From positions 100,504,001 through 100,568,000 of the forward strand of contig NC_087437.1 of assembly GCF_036321535.1 (NCBI RefSeq): DNA of 64,000 nucleotides, given 5' to 3'. The notes under the pieces are model-generated. The model was not told the DNA's origin. It saw only the letters and a program-made list of their open reading frames with translations, and made no database searches. Shown here in pieces: positions 13,557 through 27,944 of the stretch. Each line of letters opens with the position of its first letter. The first letter of the stretch is position 1. The position numbers were made by a program, and so were the translations under genes. Source of the stretch: Camelus dromedarius. Taxonomy: Eukaryota.

Positions 13557-13882
13557 GCAATGGACAGTGTTTATGTTCTCCCAGATTCATATGTTGAAAT
13601 CCTAACCACTAGTGTGAGGCCTTTGGGAGATGATTTGGTCATGAGAGGAGAGCCCTCGTGAATAGGATTAGTGCCCTTAGAAAAGAGACCTTCCTACACA
13701 TGAGGACACAGTGAAAAGTTGGCTGCTGGTGGAACAGGAAGTAGGATCTCCCCAGACGCTGAATCTGCCAGCACCTTAATCCTGGACTTCTGGCCTCTAG
13801 AACTGAGAGAAATAAATTTTGTGCTGTTTATAAGCCACCAAGTCTAGGGTATTCTGTAATAGCATCCCATAATAACCAAGAG
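13557..13882 (+). mobile_element. MaLR LTR (MLT1A-like)
   Basis: CCAGATTCATATGTTGAAATCCTAACC...GGATTAGTGCCCTT...GTTTATAAGCCACC; related to the copy at 29864. Confidence 0.8.
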
Positions 13883-13970
13883 AAAAGTTTGCTAAAGTGT
13901 ATTATGTTCTTTTTTGCCACCTTAAACTATATAGAACATAATTTCTACTTTAGCCAGGGAGTTAACTTTC

Positions 13971-14390
13971 TGTGTTAGAGTAGACTAAGTTGTTGTAAAA
14001 ATAGACCTAGAAAATCAGTGACTTAATGAACAAGAAGCTTATTTTTCCCCCATGATAATCAATCAAGGGTGCTCCCTGTTGGTAGCAGCTCTCTTCCACA
14101 TGGTGATTCAGGGACCCAGGATTCTTCCAACTTATCATAACTCTTTTATCCTCTGGGACTTGGTCATCAGGTCAAACCTTATTCAAGTTTCAGCCAGTGG
14201 AGAGGGGAACACTTCAGGACACCCAAGTCCTGAAAGGCAGGCACATATCACAACTACTCATATATTACAGCTGAGATTTTTGTCATATGAATACGTCAGT
14301 CTGCAAGGGAGACCGGGAAACGTAACCTAATTATGTGTCAGGAGTAAGGGGTGGATGAATATTGGTGGGTGGCTAGCTGTCTCTCCCATA
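13971..14390 (-). mobile_element. MaLR LTR (MLT1J/K-like)
   Basis: Antisense MLT motifs TGTGTTAG...GTGATTCAGGGACCCAGG...CTGCAAGGGAGACCGGGAAA. Confidence 0.55.
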
Positions 14391-15599
14391 GCCTGCGTCT
14401 CTGACTGTCATGTTTTTGTGTGTATCCTTCTCCATGCGAGACACATAGAACACACTCTCCCTTTCCCTGAGGCAGACAACTCAAAATTCCATCTAATTGC
14501 TGTATCCAGCTCAAATCTAATGATGCTTGGGTGATGTTCAGTCTTTTCACTCAGTCCAGGTGTAACTCAGGTAGATAAGGGTGGGTCAGAAAGCTGGAAT
14601 TCCTTTTCAGGTAAGAGAAGAGTGAGTGACTCAGCAGTCACTAGTCATTAGTTGATGGAGACCACCTGGGCAGGGGTCTGAAAAGCCTCTGCTCTGCCAG
14701 TCTAGAGTTCCTCGACTGGACCCTGTTTCTGCTCTCCAGGAGGGAGTTCTTGGCCATTGCTTTCTGTAGTCCCCTGTTCTGCTCTTTGGAGGAATCTTAC
14801 TTGTCTATTATTCTTGGCCACATCTGAAGTGGGTTGTGGGTATATGTTCCCCTTAGAGGCTACATATATTTTGCAGCTGTTTGTAGGCCCAAAGGTTGTT
14901 TTAAAGCTCAAAGAGTCACATGGCTCTTTGGTTTTCAGGCTTATAGATTCTTTACCAACACAGTTTCCTTAATCTTAGTAAGCTCCTAGTTTACTTCCTT
15001 TCAGTGTGTCTGTAAGCACAACCAAAAATTTTTCTGGATATATTCTATGCAGTACTTCAGGTTTTGCTCTCTTGCTCTTCTTCTGACATGTTCTTTCATT
15101 TTAATGGCAGTTCTCTTGAAACCATCTGAAAAATTAGTTTGGGCTGGGAAGGCAACAGTCTGACCTTGTGCCGTTTAATCATTGTCACTTCCTCAGGAGG
15201 CCTTCTCTGATCGCCATATTTAAAGCTTCTACCCAGTTCTACCTTACCTTGATATTGGGGAAAAGAAAATCATCACTTTCATGTATATATGTAATGTTTA
15301 TGTGATACATTTATCTTATTTATCATACATACTGTTCATTGTTTGTATTTCTCTTCTAACATATAAATTCAGCGAGGTTTGGAAGTTATATTTTGTTCTC
15401 ACATGTATCTCAGGGACAGAGAATAGTGCCTGCCAAATATTTGTTGAGTGAATAAGTGAATGCATGATTTGAGAGTGTGCTGGCTCTTCAGCATCTGCTA
15501 TATATCATGCTGTTAATGAACTGTGCAAATACTGCGGAATATAGCCATTTCCTCCTCTTCTGTGTAAACAGAGTTGTCACTTCATTCTTTTGGTAGAGT

Positions 15600-16065
15600 A
15601 AGGCAGGGAGGATGCATCTTTGTTCTCTATTCTCTAGCCAGGGAGAACTCTTCTTTGCCAGTTATGGGTATTTCATTCTTCTTCATCTGTTTTAACAATG
15701 GACAAGTTTCCATCTTGGTCAGCGAGGGGTAGCAAAAGTGTGGTAGAACGGAAAAACCTCTGGAAAAAAAATTCTGCTTGCCCTCTTCCTTTATGATTTG
15801 TCTATTCTTTACTCTTGTGTTGATGTGATGCTGACGCTCTAGCAGCCATTTTGTGACCATGAAGGCAGACATTGCTAACATATTGAGGTTGGAACAGTGG
15901 AAAGATAGAAAGAACCTGGACCCATATGACATAATTGAATCACTGTACCAACCTTGGATTCACTTTCTTTTTAAATGAAATAATAAATGTCTACTTCATT
16001 TAATTCATTTTTGATCTGCTGCTCTGTTACTTGTTGATTGCAACTGAAAGCATTGTAATTGATAG
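15600..16065 (+). mobile_element. MaLR LTR (MLT1J/K-like)
   Basis: GCAGCCATTTTGTGACCATGAAGG...AAAGAACCTGG...CTGTTACTTG...TAATTGATA. Confidence 0.55.
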
Positions 16066-19012
16066 AGTAGCAGTATCTTCAGTAGCCGCTGAGACTGGCC
16101 ACCAAACTGCAACTCATTCAACCATTTGTTTATTCATTCATTTATTAAGTTAGCTATTTACCCAGGCTATATGCAAAACTAAGAGTAAAAGGATTGCTAA
16201 GAGATAGTTCATGTGTATTCTCAAGGAATTGACATTCGGGGTTCAAACAAATAATTGCAGAGTCATCTGTTAACACACACACACTCTGTTATCATAGAGC
16301 CAGTGCTTATTAGCATTCAAATTTAGTGTAACTATTGGAATTGGTTAGTCTTCTAGGCATACGTACTTGGATAGAAGTAACCTGTCCTGCCGTCTCTGCA
16401 GTGGGGCCACATGGATTCTACTCTCAGTCACCACTTGAGAGAGGCTCTTTTCTATTGCCACCGAAGGAGTGGCACCAGTGTAGGCAATTTGGCCATATTA
16501 TGTATTTCCTATCTATTCAGACATAAATGCATTGGTGGGGAAAATTATACAGTTAAGGAATCGGGTGGATTCGTTTGCCTCTTTCTCCTCCATCTCCACC
16601 AGTAGGTACTTCTTCAACACCCAGGAGAGCGGAACTGACTCTGGTTAGAATGTGTTGATCAACTTGTGGCAGCTTAAGTACTCTGCTACAGACTATTGGT
16701 AAAATTTGCATGTGTGCCTAGGAAATAAATTAAAATTGCAGATTGTTACATATTTCAGTTTAATCACCTGGAAAGATATGGTGTTTTGTTTTGTTTTGTT
16801 TTTCCTCAAAAATAAAACAAAAGAAAAAAGCCCTGCAGCCTTATCATCCCAAACTAGCTATCAAGTCATTTATACATTGAATCTTTTTTTTTTTTTTGCA
16901 AAGTCATTCAGTATGTGCAAATGGTAGTGTCAGTTGCCAAATGAGGATGTGGGCTTTATACCTAGAACTCAGTAAGAGAAGATGACTGTATCCAGCTCTT
17001 TTTCATAATTAAAGTTCAAATGACAAATTCATGTATGCTTAAGATGTCTTAATCTTTCTACTAGAGTACATCATAATATTAGGTTTATTGGCTTACTTTT
17101 AATATTGGGCTCATTGAAACTTATACTGAAAAAAAAGTCTAAATAGCAAACCCAAGAAAAGATAGTGATTCAGAGTAGTACACTGATTTCTGACAGACCT
17201 AACAGGTAGATTAATTTGTATGGTCATGGAAACTGTTCAGGAGCTACTCTTTGTTTGCTTTATTTATTTAAAGTTTGTGTCAAGTACCTTTAAGCCTAAG
17301 TATCCTTGATGTTTTTCTCTCTGCTGTAGAATGGTTTGGGGATTTCCATTCTTTGTTCCTGTCTACTGCCTGGTCACCAACTTCCCTAATGTGTGTTTGA
17401 CTGTTTCTTTTGTTTGCTTTTTGATTTGTGATATGTAATGGCCAAGTGCAGTTAACCAGATGTAGGAGAGAGATTATAATTTTCAGTTTTTGATGCATAT
17501 AAACTTATTATTTTAAAAAGGAACTATTTATGTACATATCTGTGAGAAAAACAAAAAATAGCATATTGTCAAAAATGTCTGGGGAAATAAAGCTAGCAAT
17601 TATGCCTGTACCAAAGCATATTTCGATTTTTATAATGTCTTTCTTCTGAGGAGGTCAAAGTATTTCATGCATTATTTTGTGTTCATGACATTCCTACTAT
17701 TGCACAGGAGCAAATGCTATCTCTGCTTTATATTATGGCATGGAAGAGTGACTTATCAATGGGACAGAGATGAGACTGAGTCTAAGAGCAGTGAATTTCC
17801 CATCATCAAGAAAAACATATTTACTTACTACCATTCCATATATGGTATGGTGTATTGTAGACTGAGTTATGACTATGCCCACCAGGGGGTCTCTAAAAAT
17901 TCTGACTCACAAGACTTCCATGGGGCAGACTTAGCATTAGATTCAATTAGAGGAATATAGGGCAGAAAAATAAAACTGGCTAGAAGGGCATGATTGGCAT
18001 CCCTCTTCAGTAAGACTTCTTGCAGCAATCCTCATGCCAGTCAAGGGGCTAGTCTCTGGCTTCCAAGTTGACAGCTCAAGTGAAAGGTGATGAGACACGT
18101 ACGTGTGGGCCGTCTTAGCTTGAAAGCCTCATGTCTCCCATAGGAACCAGTACCTCTTATAACAACATTTGAGGCATAAATTCCAGAGTCCCTGCAAGGG
18201 GCCTGCCTTGTTATGAGAGTCATCACACGCAGGGAGGCCAAAACTATGGTTTCTTACCAGGTAGTTATAGGTCATATATATTTTCTCTCCTGCCAGATGC
18301 AATTTGTCATTTTTTATCATGAGAAATATTGTCTAGTAGCACCACTTCCATTCCACCTTTTTCAGGTTTCCAGGGAAACAGTGTTGTGAAGTTAACGAAG
18401 GTCAAGTTTGTTCATAAAGGACAAAGGGTTTTGTTAATGCTGTACCCACAGTTATGTAGTCTCCCTTATACTATTAAGACTAAGTTGAAGGTATAGCAGA
18501 TCTTGGTCACTGATCCAGTGATCCAGTTGCTCTGATCCTTGAGAAGATGGAGTGGGTTATGTTTAATTTTATAGCTAACAAAAATATTTTCCAATCTTGT
18601 TATTTTATAAATTTTTCAAATAAAATCCCATTATACCATATTTTGTATTTACAACTTTAAGTAGAGGTTGAATTAACTCTTGGCATTTGCCCAATACTAC
18701 AGATCAAAGGTAGTGGAGAACACAGCCCCACTGTTGTGAATTCCCGCTGAGTTAAAATATTGTAATCCTGAGTAAAACAACCTTCAGCACAGAATCTGAC
18801 TCTCTATTTACATGTAAAAGGGCACAGATGAGGACAGGTCGTCACAAGTTTATAGGAAATACAGGCACACCCTAACAAGATTTCTTCTAACATTTTTCTG
18901 GTAGAATGCCTGTGACTTTTAATACCTGGATGTTGTAAAGTGTACATATCTCAGCTGTGTACATTTAGGAAAAATTTATAGTTTTGCTTCTAAAATGCAA
19001 TGTGATGTATGT

Positions 19013-20074
19013 ATTTTGAGGTGTAACCTACATATAGATAAAAATTTAAGTGTACATTTCAATAACAAATCAATGTAATCCATACCACTGTCAAAATAGA
19101 AAACATTTCCATCACCTTAGAAAATGCCCTTGTATCCCTTTCTGTTCAATCCCCTTTCTTTCTCCCTATCCCAAGGCAACCACTATTCTAATTTTTATCA
19201 ATATCGGTTGGCCTTAGCTGTTTTGAGCTTCATATAAAAGAAACCAAAAAGTATAAAGTGTTTTATGTCTGGCTTCTTTTGCTCATCATATTTTTGTGAT
19301 TCATCTATGTTATTGTATATAGCAGTAGTTTATTTATCATCGTATGCATATACTACAATTTGTTTTTCTGCTACCTCTTGTTGGACAATTGTGTGGTTTC
19401 CAATTTTAAGTTATTATGAATATGGCTGCTTTAAGTATTTTTGTATAAATTTGATGGGCATGTTTTCATTTGAGTAAATACCTAGAGTAGAGTTGCTAGG
19501 TCATAAAGTTAGGTGTATGTTCAACATCTTAAGAACCTACCAAGCAATTTTCCAAAGTGCTCGTACCATTCTGTACTCTCAGCAGCAATTTATGAAAGAT
19601 GTGGTCACTTGACTTCCTTGCCTGCATTAGGTGTTGTCAACCTTTATTTGTAGGTATCCTAGTGTGTGTAAATCTTCCGGAATAAAGAAACACGAGAATA
19701 TCTTTGTGAACTTGAGGTAGATAAAGATTTTTTATAGAATCCGTTAACAAAAAGAAACAATTAAATAATTGAATTCATTAAGATTAAAGGCTTCTGCTCT
19801 TTGAAAGCATTTTTTTGAAAGGAAAAACAATAAAATAAACTATACACTGGGGAAAAATATTCACAGTATGTATATTTGACAAAGAACTTGTACCCAGAAT
19901 GTGTAAGCAACTCTTATTATCTCAATAATAAAAATATATGCAACTGGATAAAAGAAATAGCTAAAATACCTGGACAGACATTTAACAAAGGAAGATATAC
20001 ACAGGCCCTGTAAGTATATGAAAAAATATGCAGCACTGTCTGTTATCAGAGAAGTGAAAAACAACAAAAATTTT
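19013..20074 (-). mobile_element. Old L1M insertion with inverted 5' segment (minus-strand 3' part ~19013-19670; plus-oriented part ~19670-20070)
   Basis: Antisense L1 3'UTR/ORF2 end abuts a sense-oriented piece of the immediately upstream ORF2 C-terminal region. Confidence 0.7.
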
Positions 20075-21011
20075 CAATGAAACGTATGTGGGAAGTATAT
20101 GTGGTTATTTCAACCACAACATCAGACTCACATGTTGATACTTTGAAAAGCTCTTGAGTCCTCAGAGAGGAGATGTTCAATCTATTGCTATAAACCAAAC
20201 AACTGATTATTAGCTATATTGATTTGTTGGTTACTGGGAAGTAATGTTTTAAGCATTTTACATCCTAACAAGATAGTTCGTTTTTATTTAGAAGTGTTTT
20301 ACTCAATTTTAGAAAATTGGCTGTGGATTTGTGGTTGACATATACAGTATAATTTTTCCCATTTAGAATCATGGTAATTAGGTTCTCAGCTAGTGTCTTT
20401 GTACAGAATTGTTCAAGAACAAATTACTGAAATTAAGAGGGAGTTGACTATTTATTGATTGATTAATTGTGTTCTACATTTGAAGGAGGAAAGTATTTAA
20501 AGACTGTTTCTACTTTTATTTAGAAGTTAAATTATTTCTTAAGTCAATCTAATGACCCTTTTAAAATTTAAGGTTTACATTTTTCGAAGCTAATATTACT
20601 AAATGACCTAGCAATTTGTTTTCCCAGTATAATAGTAATAATGTTGAGCTTTTTTTTCTTTACAGACTTTTTCCTTTCCCCCTTTTCTGTCCTTCCCCTG
20701 ATCTCTGTATTTTAATGCCCAGAATATAGAATCCAAAATAGACAGATGAATAGATCGTTATCTATTGTCTTTCTTGCTCCAAACTATAGTAGAACTAAAT
20801 TTACCCAAATTTTATTACTATTATTGTCATCAAGAGTCCTTTAAAAGAAAAACTATTTTTGTAACAATTCTAGAAGTTCTGTCCAAGCTCACTGCAAAAA
20901 AAAGATCCTGTGAACACTGAATTTTTTATATTAACAATTCAAAGTGATAGGTCAGTTTTATGAGGCTGCCAGGATCCTCAGTGTGGTTTGGCTTTTAACT
21001 TACCACTAGAG

Positions 21012-21597
21012 CAGGTCTCTCAACTTTGGCGTTATTGACATTTTTTTTCTTTTTTAAAATTGAAACATAGTTGATTTACAATGTGTTAATTTCTGGCATA
21101 CAGCATAGTGATTTGTTTATATATATATGTATATATAGATGATCCTTTTCATATTCTTTTTCATTATAGACCATTACAAGGTATTGAATATAGCTCCCTG
21201 TGCTATACAGTAGGACCTTGTTTATTTTATATATAGTAGTGGGTATCTACAAATCCCAAATTCCCAATTTATCCCTTCCTCTTTCCCCACTGGTAACGGT
21301 AAGTTTGTTTTCTGTGTTTATGAGTCTGTTTTGTAAATAAGCTCATTTGTAACTTTTTTTTTTTTAGATTCCACATTTTATTGACATTTTTGACTATTGA
21401 TTGTTGTAGGGACTTTGTGCGATGTAGAATGTTTAGCAACATCTCTGGCCTCTACCCGCTAGATGCCTATAGCACTACCTCAGTTGTGACAACCAAAACT
21501 ATTTCTAGAGGTTGCCAACATTCCCTTGGGGAGCATCCCCTGCCCCCCACCACTAACTACCTGCTGCTTCTCTCCCTCTTCCCATTAAGAATCACTG
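21012..21597. mobile_element. MER20 (hAT-Charlie) interrupted by an L1 fragment
   Basis: CAGGTCTCTCAAC...TGTTTAGCAACATCTCTGGCCTCTACCCGCTAGATGCC...AGAATCACTG; 8-bp TSD-like CACTAGAG/CTCTAGAG. Confidence 0.8.
21046..21377 (-). mobile_element. 5'-truncated artiodactyl/camelid L1 3' end
   Basis: Poly-T tail, L1 3'UTR, and perfect TSD TTATTGACATTTTT at 21032-21045 and 21378-21391. Confidence 0.88.
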
Positions 21598-23627
21598 CTC
21601 TAGAGTTATCTTAACTATCAGGTCAACTTCAGTATCTAACTTTAGACTTTAACTGACCCAAGAATGGACTGGATATCTTTGGAATGTCCTGTGCTGAAGA
21701 ATATGGGCTAGCAACCCTTGTCACCTTAGTGATGCTAACCCAGCATTAAATTAGAATCAGAGCATACCTCAGAGGGAAGGCCAGGCAGAAGGGAAATAGC
21801 AATCCACTTTGTTAATTTCAATTTAGTATTGAAGCATTTCAGTCAATGATTTATTATGGTTTTTTTAAATAAAATATGTTATAATTCCCCAAAGAGAGGT
21901 CTTAATCCTCTTACGAATGCAGTAAACTCCTTTATACCTGCTTAAAGTATAATTTTCATAGGCCCTAAAATCATATATGCAAAATAGGTAACATTTTATT
22001 TTCCCATTATTGCATTTAATTTCTGTTAAATGCCCTATTTTTTCTAATGCTATAAAACTATATGTAATCGTTTCCAGGTGAACTCAGTCTTTGTCATGCT
22101 GTTTCAGTCATGTTTACAATCATGTCAGTTCTGGATTTTACCTTCCTCTGCTCCTCTTTAGGGTGGTACTCCTGTTCCCTGGCTTACTTATTTAATGACA
22201 GGATGGAGGCTGAGGTGGGAAGTCAGCGGAGAAGTGTGTCTGCTCTTTGGTGGTCATAGTATCTGTCACGCTTTCCAGAGGTCACTTTCTGAAATCTGTG
22301 GAATTTAAAAAACTTCAGTTGCATGATTCACACTGGCATTTGGGTTACAAATGTAAGCCCCTTTGGCCCTCAGCTGTCTCCTTCAACTAATATCTAAGCC
22401 CTGCTTTGGGAAGTGGGGAAAGTTTATTTGTCCACTTCTCAGTGGTGAGTCTAAGGTAGACTCAGAGCTGTCATCAGAGCATCACTGTTCCCTTATGTCA
22501 CACCGAGCCATGTGGAATTATTGGCTCAATGTCATTATGGTGCAGACACCCACACCACCATGTCTGCCCTGATGCTGGGGTACCAAGTTGAAGTAGTAGA
22601 TCTAGAATATGACACTTTTTTCTAACCTTCTGTCTCCCTAGGCTACACACCTGGGAGAGAGGATCCTGTTCCAGTCCTCTCTGCATGTGCATTTAACCCC
22701 CTTGCTTCTCCCTCATGACTTCTTTTCATCTTAATCAGAAATTCTCTTATCTTCTGGGCATGGGAGCTTGAGTGGAGAGGAAGGATGTAGTCTCTTTCTG
22801 CAAGTACTTTTGCAATGCCTTTGTTGGCCTGCAACACTGCTTTTGAAGCTAAAAGTAAAGAATATGATATCCTTTTCTGCTGTTCTGCAGTAATTTTTCT
22901 TTTCCTGAGTTAGAGAATACCTCAGAAGGAATAGAGTGAAGGAAAGATCTTCGGGCAACTATTTTTTTTAACAATAGCAATTATAGAACGTGAATTTTTA
23001 ATGAACTTCATATTGCAACGAAGGCATTAAAAGGAATTACATGAATACAGGAAACACACATTTCATCATTTTGTCACTTGACATCTGAAAATATTCCTTC
23101 CTCTCTTCCTTCTCCACCCAGAACAAATCAAGTTCTAGCACCTTCTTAATTTTATCCTATGATCTGATTCTCTTCTATTGCCATGGCTACCCCCTTCTAC
23201 TTGCAAATTCAGCATTTTGCAGTAGCCTGCTAGCTAGGCTCTAGTTTCACTCCCATTTTTGCATCCTGTGTACTGATTCCACATGAATCTTTCTAGTAAA
23301 TGGTACCAAAACCTTCAATGGTGCTACATCGCCCCTGAGATAAATTACGTTGACATCCTGTATAATCTGACACCAACCTGTTTTATAAAATTCGTCTCCT
23401 ATTTCTTCCTGTAATGAAATCTCTAACTTATTTCCGCAGAAGAAAGCACTGAGTACTTACTATGTTCCAGACACTGGGAAATGGGTGAAAGATTTAATTC
23501 ACTCAGACTGGAGGATTCTTAATGATAAGAACTGTGACCAACAAGGAACTAAGGAAACAGTGGGAATTCTTATTACTTTGATAGGTTTCATGCTTCTGTG
23601 CATTTTTCTAACTCAGGCTGAATTACT

Positions 23628-23907
23628 AATGTAATTAAAAAATTTTTAGTAACCACATTATAAAAAATAAAAACAAACAAGTGGAATTAATGTTAATAAT
23701 ACATTTTATTTAATCCAGTGTATCTAAAATATTATGATTTCAACTAATCAATATAAAATTATTAAGATAGTTTACATTCTTTTTTCCTCTGAGCTTTCAA
23801 AATCTGTTCTATGGCTTACACTGTCAGCACTTCTTAATTTATACTAGCCACATTTTAAGTCCCCAATAGCCTTGTGTCACTGGTGGTTACCATATTGGAT
23901 AGCTGTG
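23628..23907. mobile_element. MER33-like hAT-Charlie element
   Basis: TTTTAGTAACCACATTA...ACTAGCCACATTTTAAGT...GGTTACCATATTGGATAG; related copy at 31121. Confidence 0.7.
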
Positions 23908-24139
23908 TCTAGAGCATTATTTTGCCAGGAGTAGGTCCTCTATGAGGACTGGAAGACTGACTCATCGGTAGAGTGAATGGTTTTTATGAAGAGATGCAGG
24001 GAAGGGAACCATCATGTTCTAACCACATAATTTGTATTTGCACTGTTAAGAGCCCTTTAGTTTATTTTCCCCTCAGAGTCTGACATACACATTTGGGAGA
24101 AGGCAGTCTATTAGAGATGATTTCAGGAAGCCAATTAAG

Positions 24140-24500
24140 GGGGCATTATTGAGTCAGTTTTGCTATGGGCAGCTGATGCTCCGCTCCACTGGGGACCCTC
24201 TAAGAAATGCGTAGAATGGGCTTCAGAATTGTCCCTTCAAAACCAGAAGACCGAGGCATTTGTCCACTGACTCCCATTCCTCACTGGCTGACAGTTGCCG
24301 CTGTGGTTGTTGACTGCCCCATGTTTCTGGAATGTTCTCAGAAGACTGAAAAATTTTGTTATCTTCAGAACAAGTCCTGAAGCAGAAAAGCTGAGAGATA
24401 AGAGAGACATTTGGGATCGAGTTTTGCCATAAGCACGGGAATTATCTATCACCAGCTGAAATTGGAATCAGTGATGGACCAGGCACATGGCAAAGCCTGT
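24140..24500. mobile_element. ERVL LTR16-like relic
   Basis: CCACTGGGGACCCTCT...TCAGAATTGTCCC...TCCACTGACTCCCATTCCTCACTGG resembles the LTR16 family. Confidence 0.45.
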
Positions 24501-27500
24501 GCTGTACATACTTCATATGATACTTGCAAAATAGACGTTATTGTTTCCAGTTTATAAATGAGGAGGCTGAAAATCAGACAAATTCCAGTTCCTGTTCAAG
24601 GTGATGTAACTTTTAAGTGTCAAACTGTGTTTCTGTACAAATATGACTCATAACAAGGTCCACAAAGGACATATTTAGGAGAATTTTTCTTTTTTTAGGG
24701 GAAATCTCCAGAGATTTTTTTCTTTTATTGCATCTTATTTATTATTTTAGAAATTTAGACAAATCTACACTGGAGACTCTTAAGAATATGACATACTAAT
24801 AAAAATACACGTTTACTGTTCTGTTTGATATGTTCTCTGACCTTCAGGAAGAAATTTCCAATAAGTTTTGTAAGCTCACTTATTTCCGTTGTTCACTGCT
24901 GAATTTCTAGTGCAGAGCTCATTTCAGGTCAATTATTAGTACAACAGATCCTCCCTAAATGGAAGAGACTGAGCACATCACACACTGGACAGCTCCCATT
25001 ATCTGAAATAGCTGTAAGCGGCTTTAATGTTAGAGATTTGGTTTAAAGGATTGTCCTCTTGGAAGGCTGGCTGTGGTTGTTTGCGAGGCAGGACAAATTA
25101 TAACATGATTATGGCTTAAGAGATGTATGTTTCTAAATGATTGCTTCACCAGTCCTTAAACTATCTGCTTAAAAAAAAAAAAACCAAAAACAAAACAGGT
25201 GAAATATGAGAACCTTAAGAGATTAGATCATTGGGATATTATGAAAAATGTCTTTATAGAACCTGGGTGCAAGGCCACTGGGGTATATAACTTACCAGGA
25301 ATACTGACAGGAAGTTATCAGCATAAAGAAAGAAAGGCAAGTTTAAAAATGGAAAAGAAAAGGCTTGGGAACAAAATAGTAATAAAACTAACCTAGAAAA
25401 ACAGTTGAAATTGTATAGTGTAAACTGTTCCCTGTGTTTTCCTCTACAGAGGACTGTGGACTTGGGGGTGTAAGGGGTGAGAGAGGTCAGAAAAAGGAGC
25501 CTTTTCTTTGTCTCTCCAGGCTTCTGTATTTCCTTGAATTTTATATACACAAACATGTACCATGTACAATTTGTGCAAATAAAAATAACCTTAAAATAGG
25601 ATGCCGCAAATAGACTTACATTTCAGTTTTATCCTGCTGTTTTCACCTCTAGTGTAACATTCAAATCTAATAACATGCAGGAAATATTCACTGATGAGGG
25701 GAGAGAATCTTCAGAATTTTTTGATGTTATCAACAGTTCTGTTTTGCAGTTAGGGATACACTCCAGTTCTCAATGTTTTCTTCAAAAATTAAATTTTCCT
25801 GTTAAATATGATTTTATGCCTGTCAGACTCATTCTGTGCCATGAAGGACGTGGTGTCTTGTACTAACAGGCACTCAGTAGAAGCTTTTCAGACATTACAA
25901 TAAACACCTACCTGAAACAGAGAAGGAATATTTGACAAAAAAGGGGAAATTAAGTTTTAAATATTTTGTTATCTTCTTTTGATCTCTTTTTTGTAAGTAT
26001 TCATTTAAAAGTATTAGTTCTTCTTATTAGAGTCATATATGCTTTTTTAGAGATATATCTGGGGTCCTGCTTGGCCTGCTTCATTGGAGTTTCCTCTCTC
26101 CCTGATATTTGGAAGAAAGGTTGGGTGGCCACTATATTTTCACCAGCTGACTTCGCATCCCAGGTTCCAGATGATTGAACCAACCGAGGAGCCCTAATTC
26201 AAGCTGAGCCAGTCAGCTTGCCTCTTGTGTATCTGAGGGAAACAAAGACTCAGTCAGGTGATGAGCTGAGACCAGTGCAGCCACACTGGGATCCTGTGCG
26301 TTTATCCACAAGCAGAGGAGATCAAGAGAATGATTCAGACACCCAGAAGGAAGCAGAAGATTCTTGTGCTCATTGAGAGTAAGAGGCTATGTACTGGGTG
26401 AGAGCAGGGACAAAAAGAATCGTCTTGTTCTGTTGTTTTCAGATTTAAATTTCTTGTGAGACCTGGCCCTACTTCCTGCCTTTGGTTATATGGGATGGTC
26501 CTGAATACTAGCTTGTTTAAGACAGAGTGAGCTTTGATTTTTGGAAAAAAAAAAATTAGAGACTATATAAGAAATTAAAATTGCCTGTAAAATCATACCC
26601 ATGTAAACATTTCCTTTCAGTCTGTTGTGTTCCTATGGAAGTGCTATAATCACACTCCCTATAAAACCTACAAACTTTCTTTTTTACCAAGTTGTGAACA
26701 TTTTCCTATTTTGTTAACCCCAATGCTGGTTAAAGCCAACTCTTGTTTATCAGGACCTACCCTCAAATGACTGAACAGATCTGGAGAAAAACACCACCTT
26801 GCTGACTGGTCTCACTTCTAATTCATTAGTATCAACCACAAGTGGTCACTTAATACTGTCTGGCAACCGCTGCATTTTTCTAGGTCTCCACTTGCCTGTT
26901 GCCCAATGACTATTTTATTTTTTCTTCTCTCTCTTCAATGTTTCCTCCCCATCATCACTCTCTGCTGATACCTTGTGTCCTAATTTCCTGGGATAATAAA
27001 AGCCACCCAAAGTCACTTGTAGCATGCTCCTACTTACACATCTACCCACCCGCATGCTCTGTGCCCATAGACCGTGTCTTTCATTACTGCAGGTAAGCTT
27101 GCCACCCTCTTGGCTAAGGCCAGTCCCTTCCACTGGCTCACCAGTTTCCATCTTCTCTCACATGTTCAAGGACAGTTGAACATCAGCAGTTTGCTTCTCT
27201 TTCCTGTAAAATCATGTTTTCTCTATTGCTTGCTCATTTTCACGAGCTGATAAAATGCTATTATTTCTCCTATCTTAGGGAGAAAAAAATTTCCAGGCTC
27301 TGTCCCATTTTATTTACTGGGTCATTTTTCTGCTTCTGTGAAAAGCACATCGTCTCAATGGTTCTGCTTGTTATCTGCAGTTTGCTCACTTCCTGCTTTC
27401 TAATCAGGCTTTCCTTCTCATGACTCCTACAAAGCAGCTCTTGTAAAACTGCCATTGACTTTCACGTGGCTAAAACCAGGGCTCACTCTTAGTTTTCATC

Positions 27501-27944
27501 TTACTTGAAGTGTTGACAGTATTTGACTGATGATCACTCTTCCCTTAAATATTTTCTTCACTTGACTTTTAGGACACTGTGCTCTTGGCTCTGTTCCTCC
27601 TTTACTGGTGTCTCCTTTCAGGCTCCTTTGGTTTGTGTCCTGTGCTCTGGTCCTGCTGTATATCCCCAACCTCTAAACACTGGCGTGCCCCAGTCTTAGC
27701 CTCAGATCTCTACATTTTCTGCACTCACTTTCTAGGTGATCTCATTGAATACAGTGGTTTTAAATACCATCTACATACTAAGGGCTTTCAGATTTACTTT
27801 TCAAGCTCAGACTTTTCTCCTCATCTCCAATTCACATACCCCAACCTCCTACTCAGAACTTCCTCTTGGATATTTAATAAGCATCAGAAATCCCCAAATG
27901 TCTGATGGCCCTAAAACTCAAACCTTGGAACTCTCCTTTATTTT

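Noticed and set aside
17890..18540. Possible processed pseudogene (short minus-strand ORFs)
   Set aside because: No recognisable protein similarity, poly(A) tail or TSD; a tblastx search would be needed.
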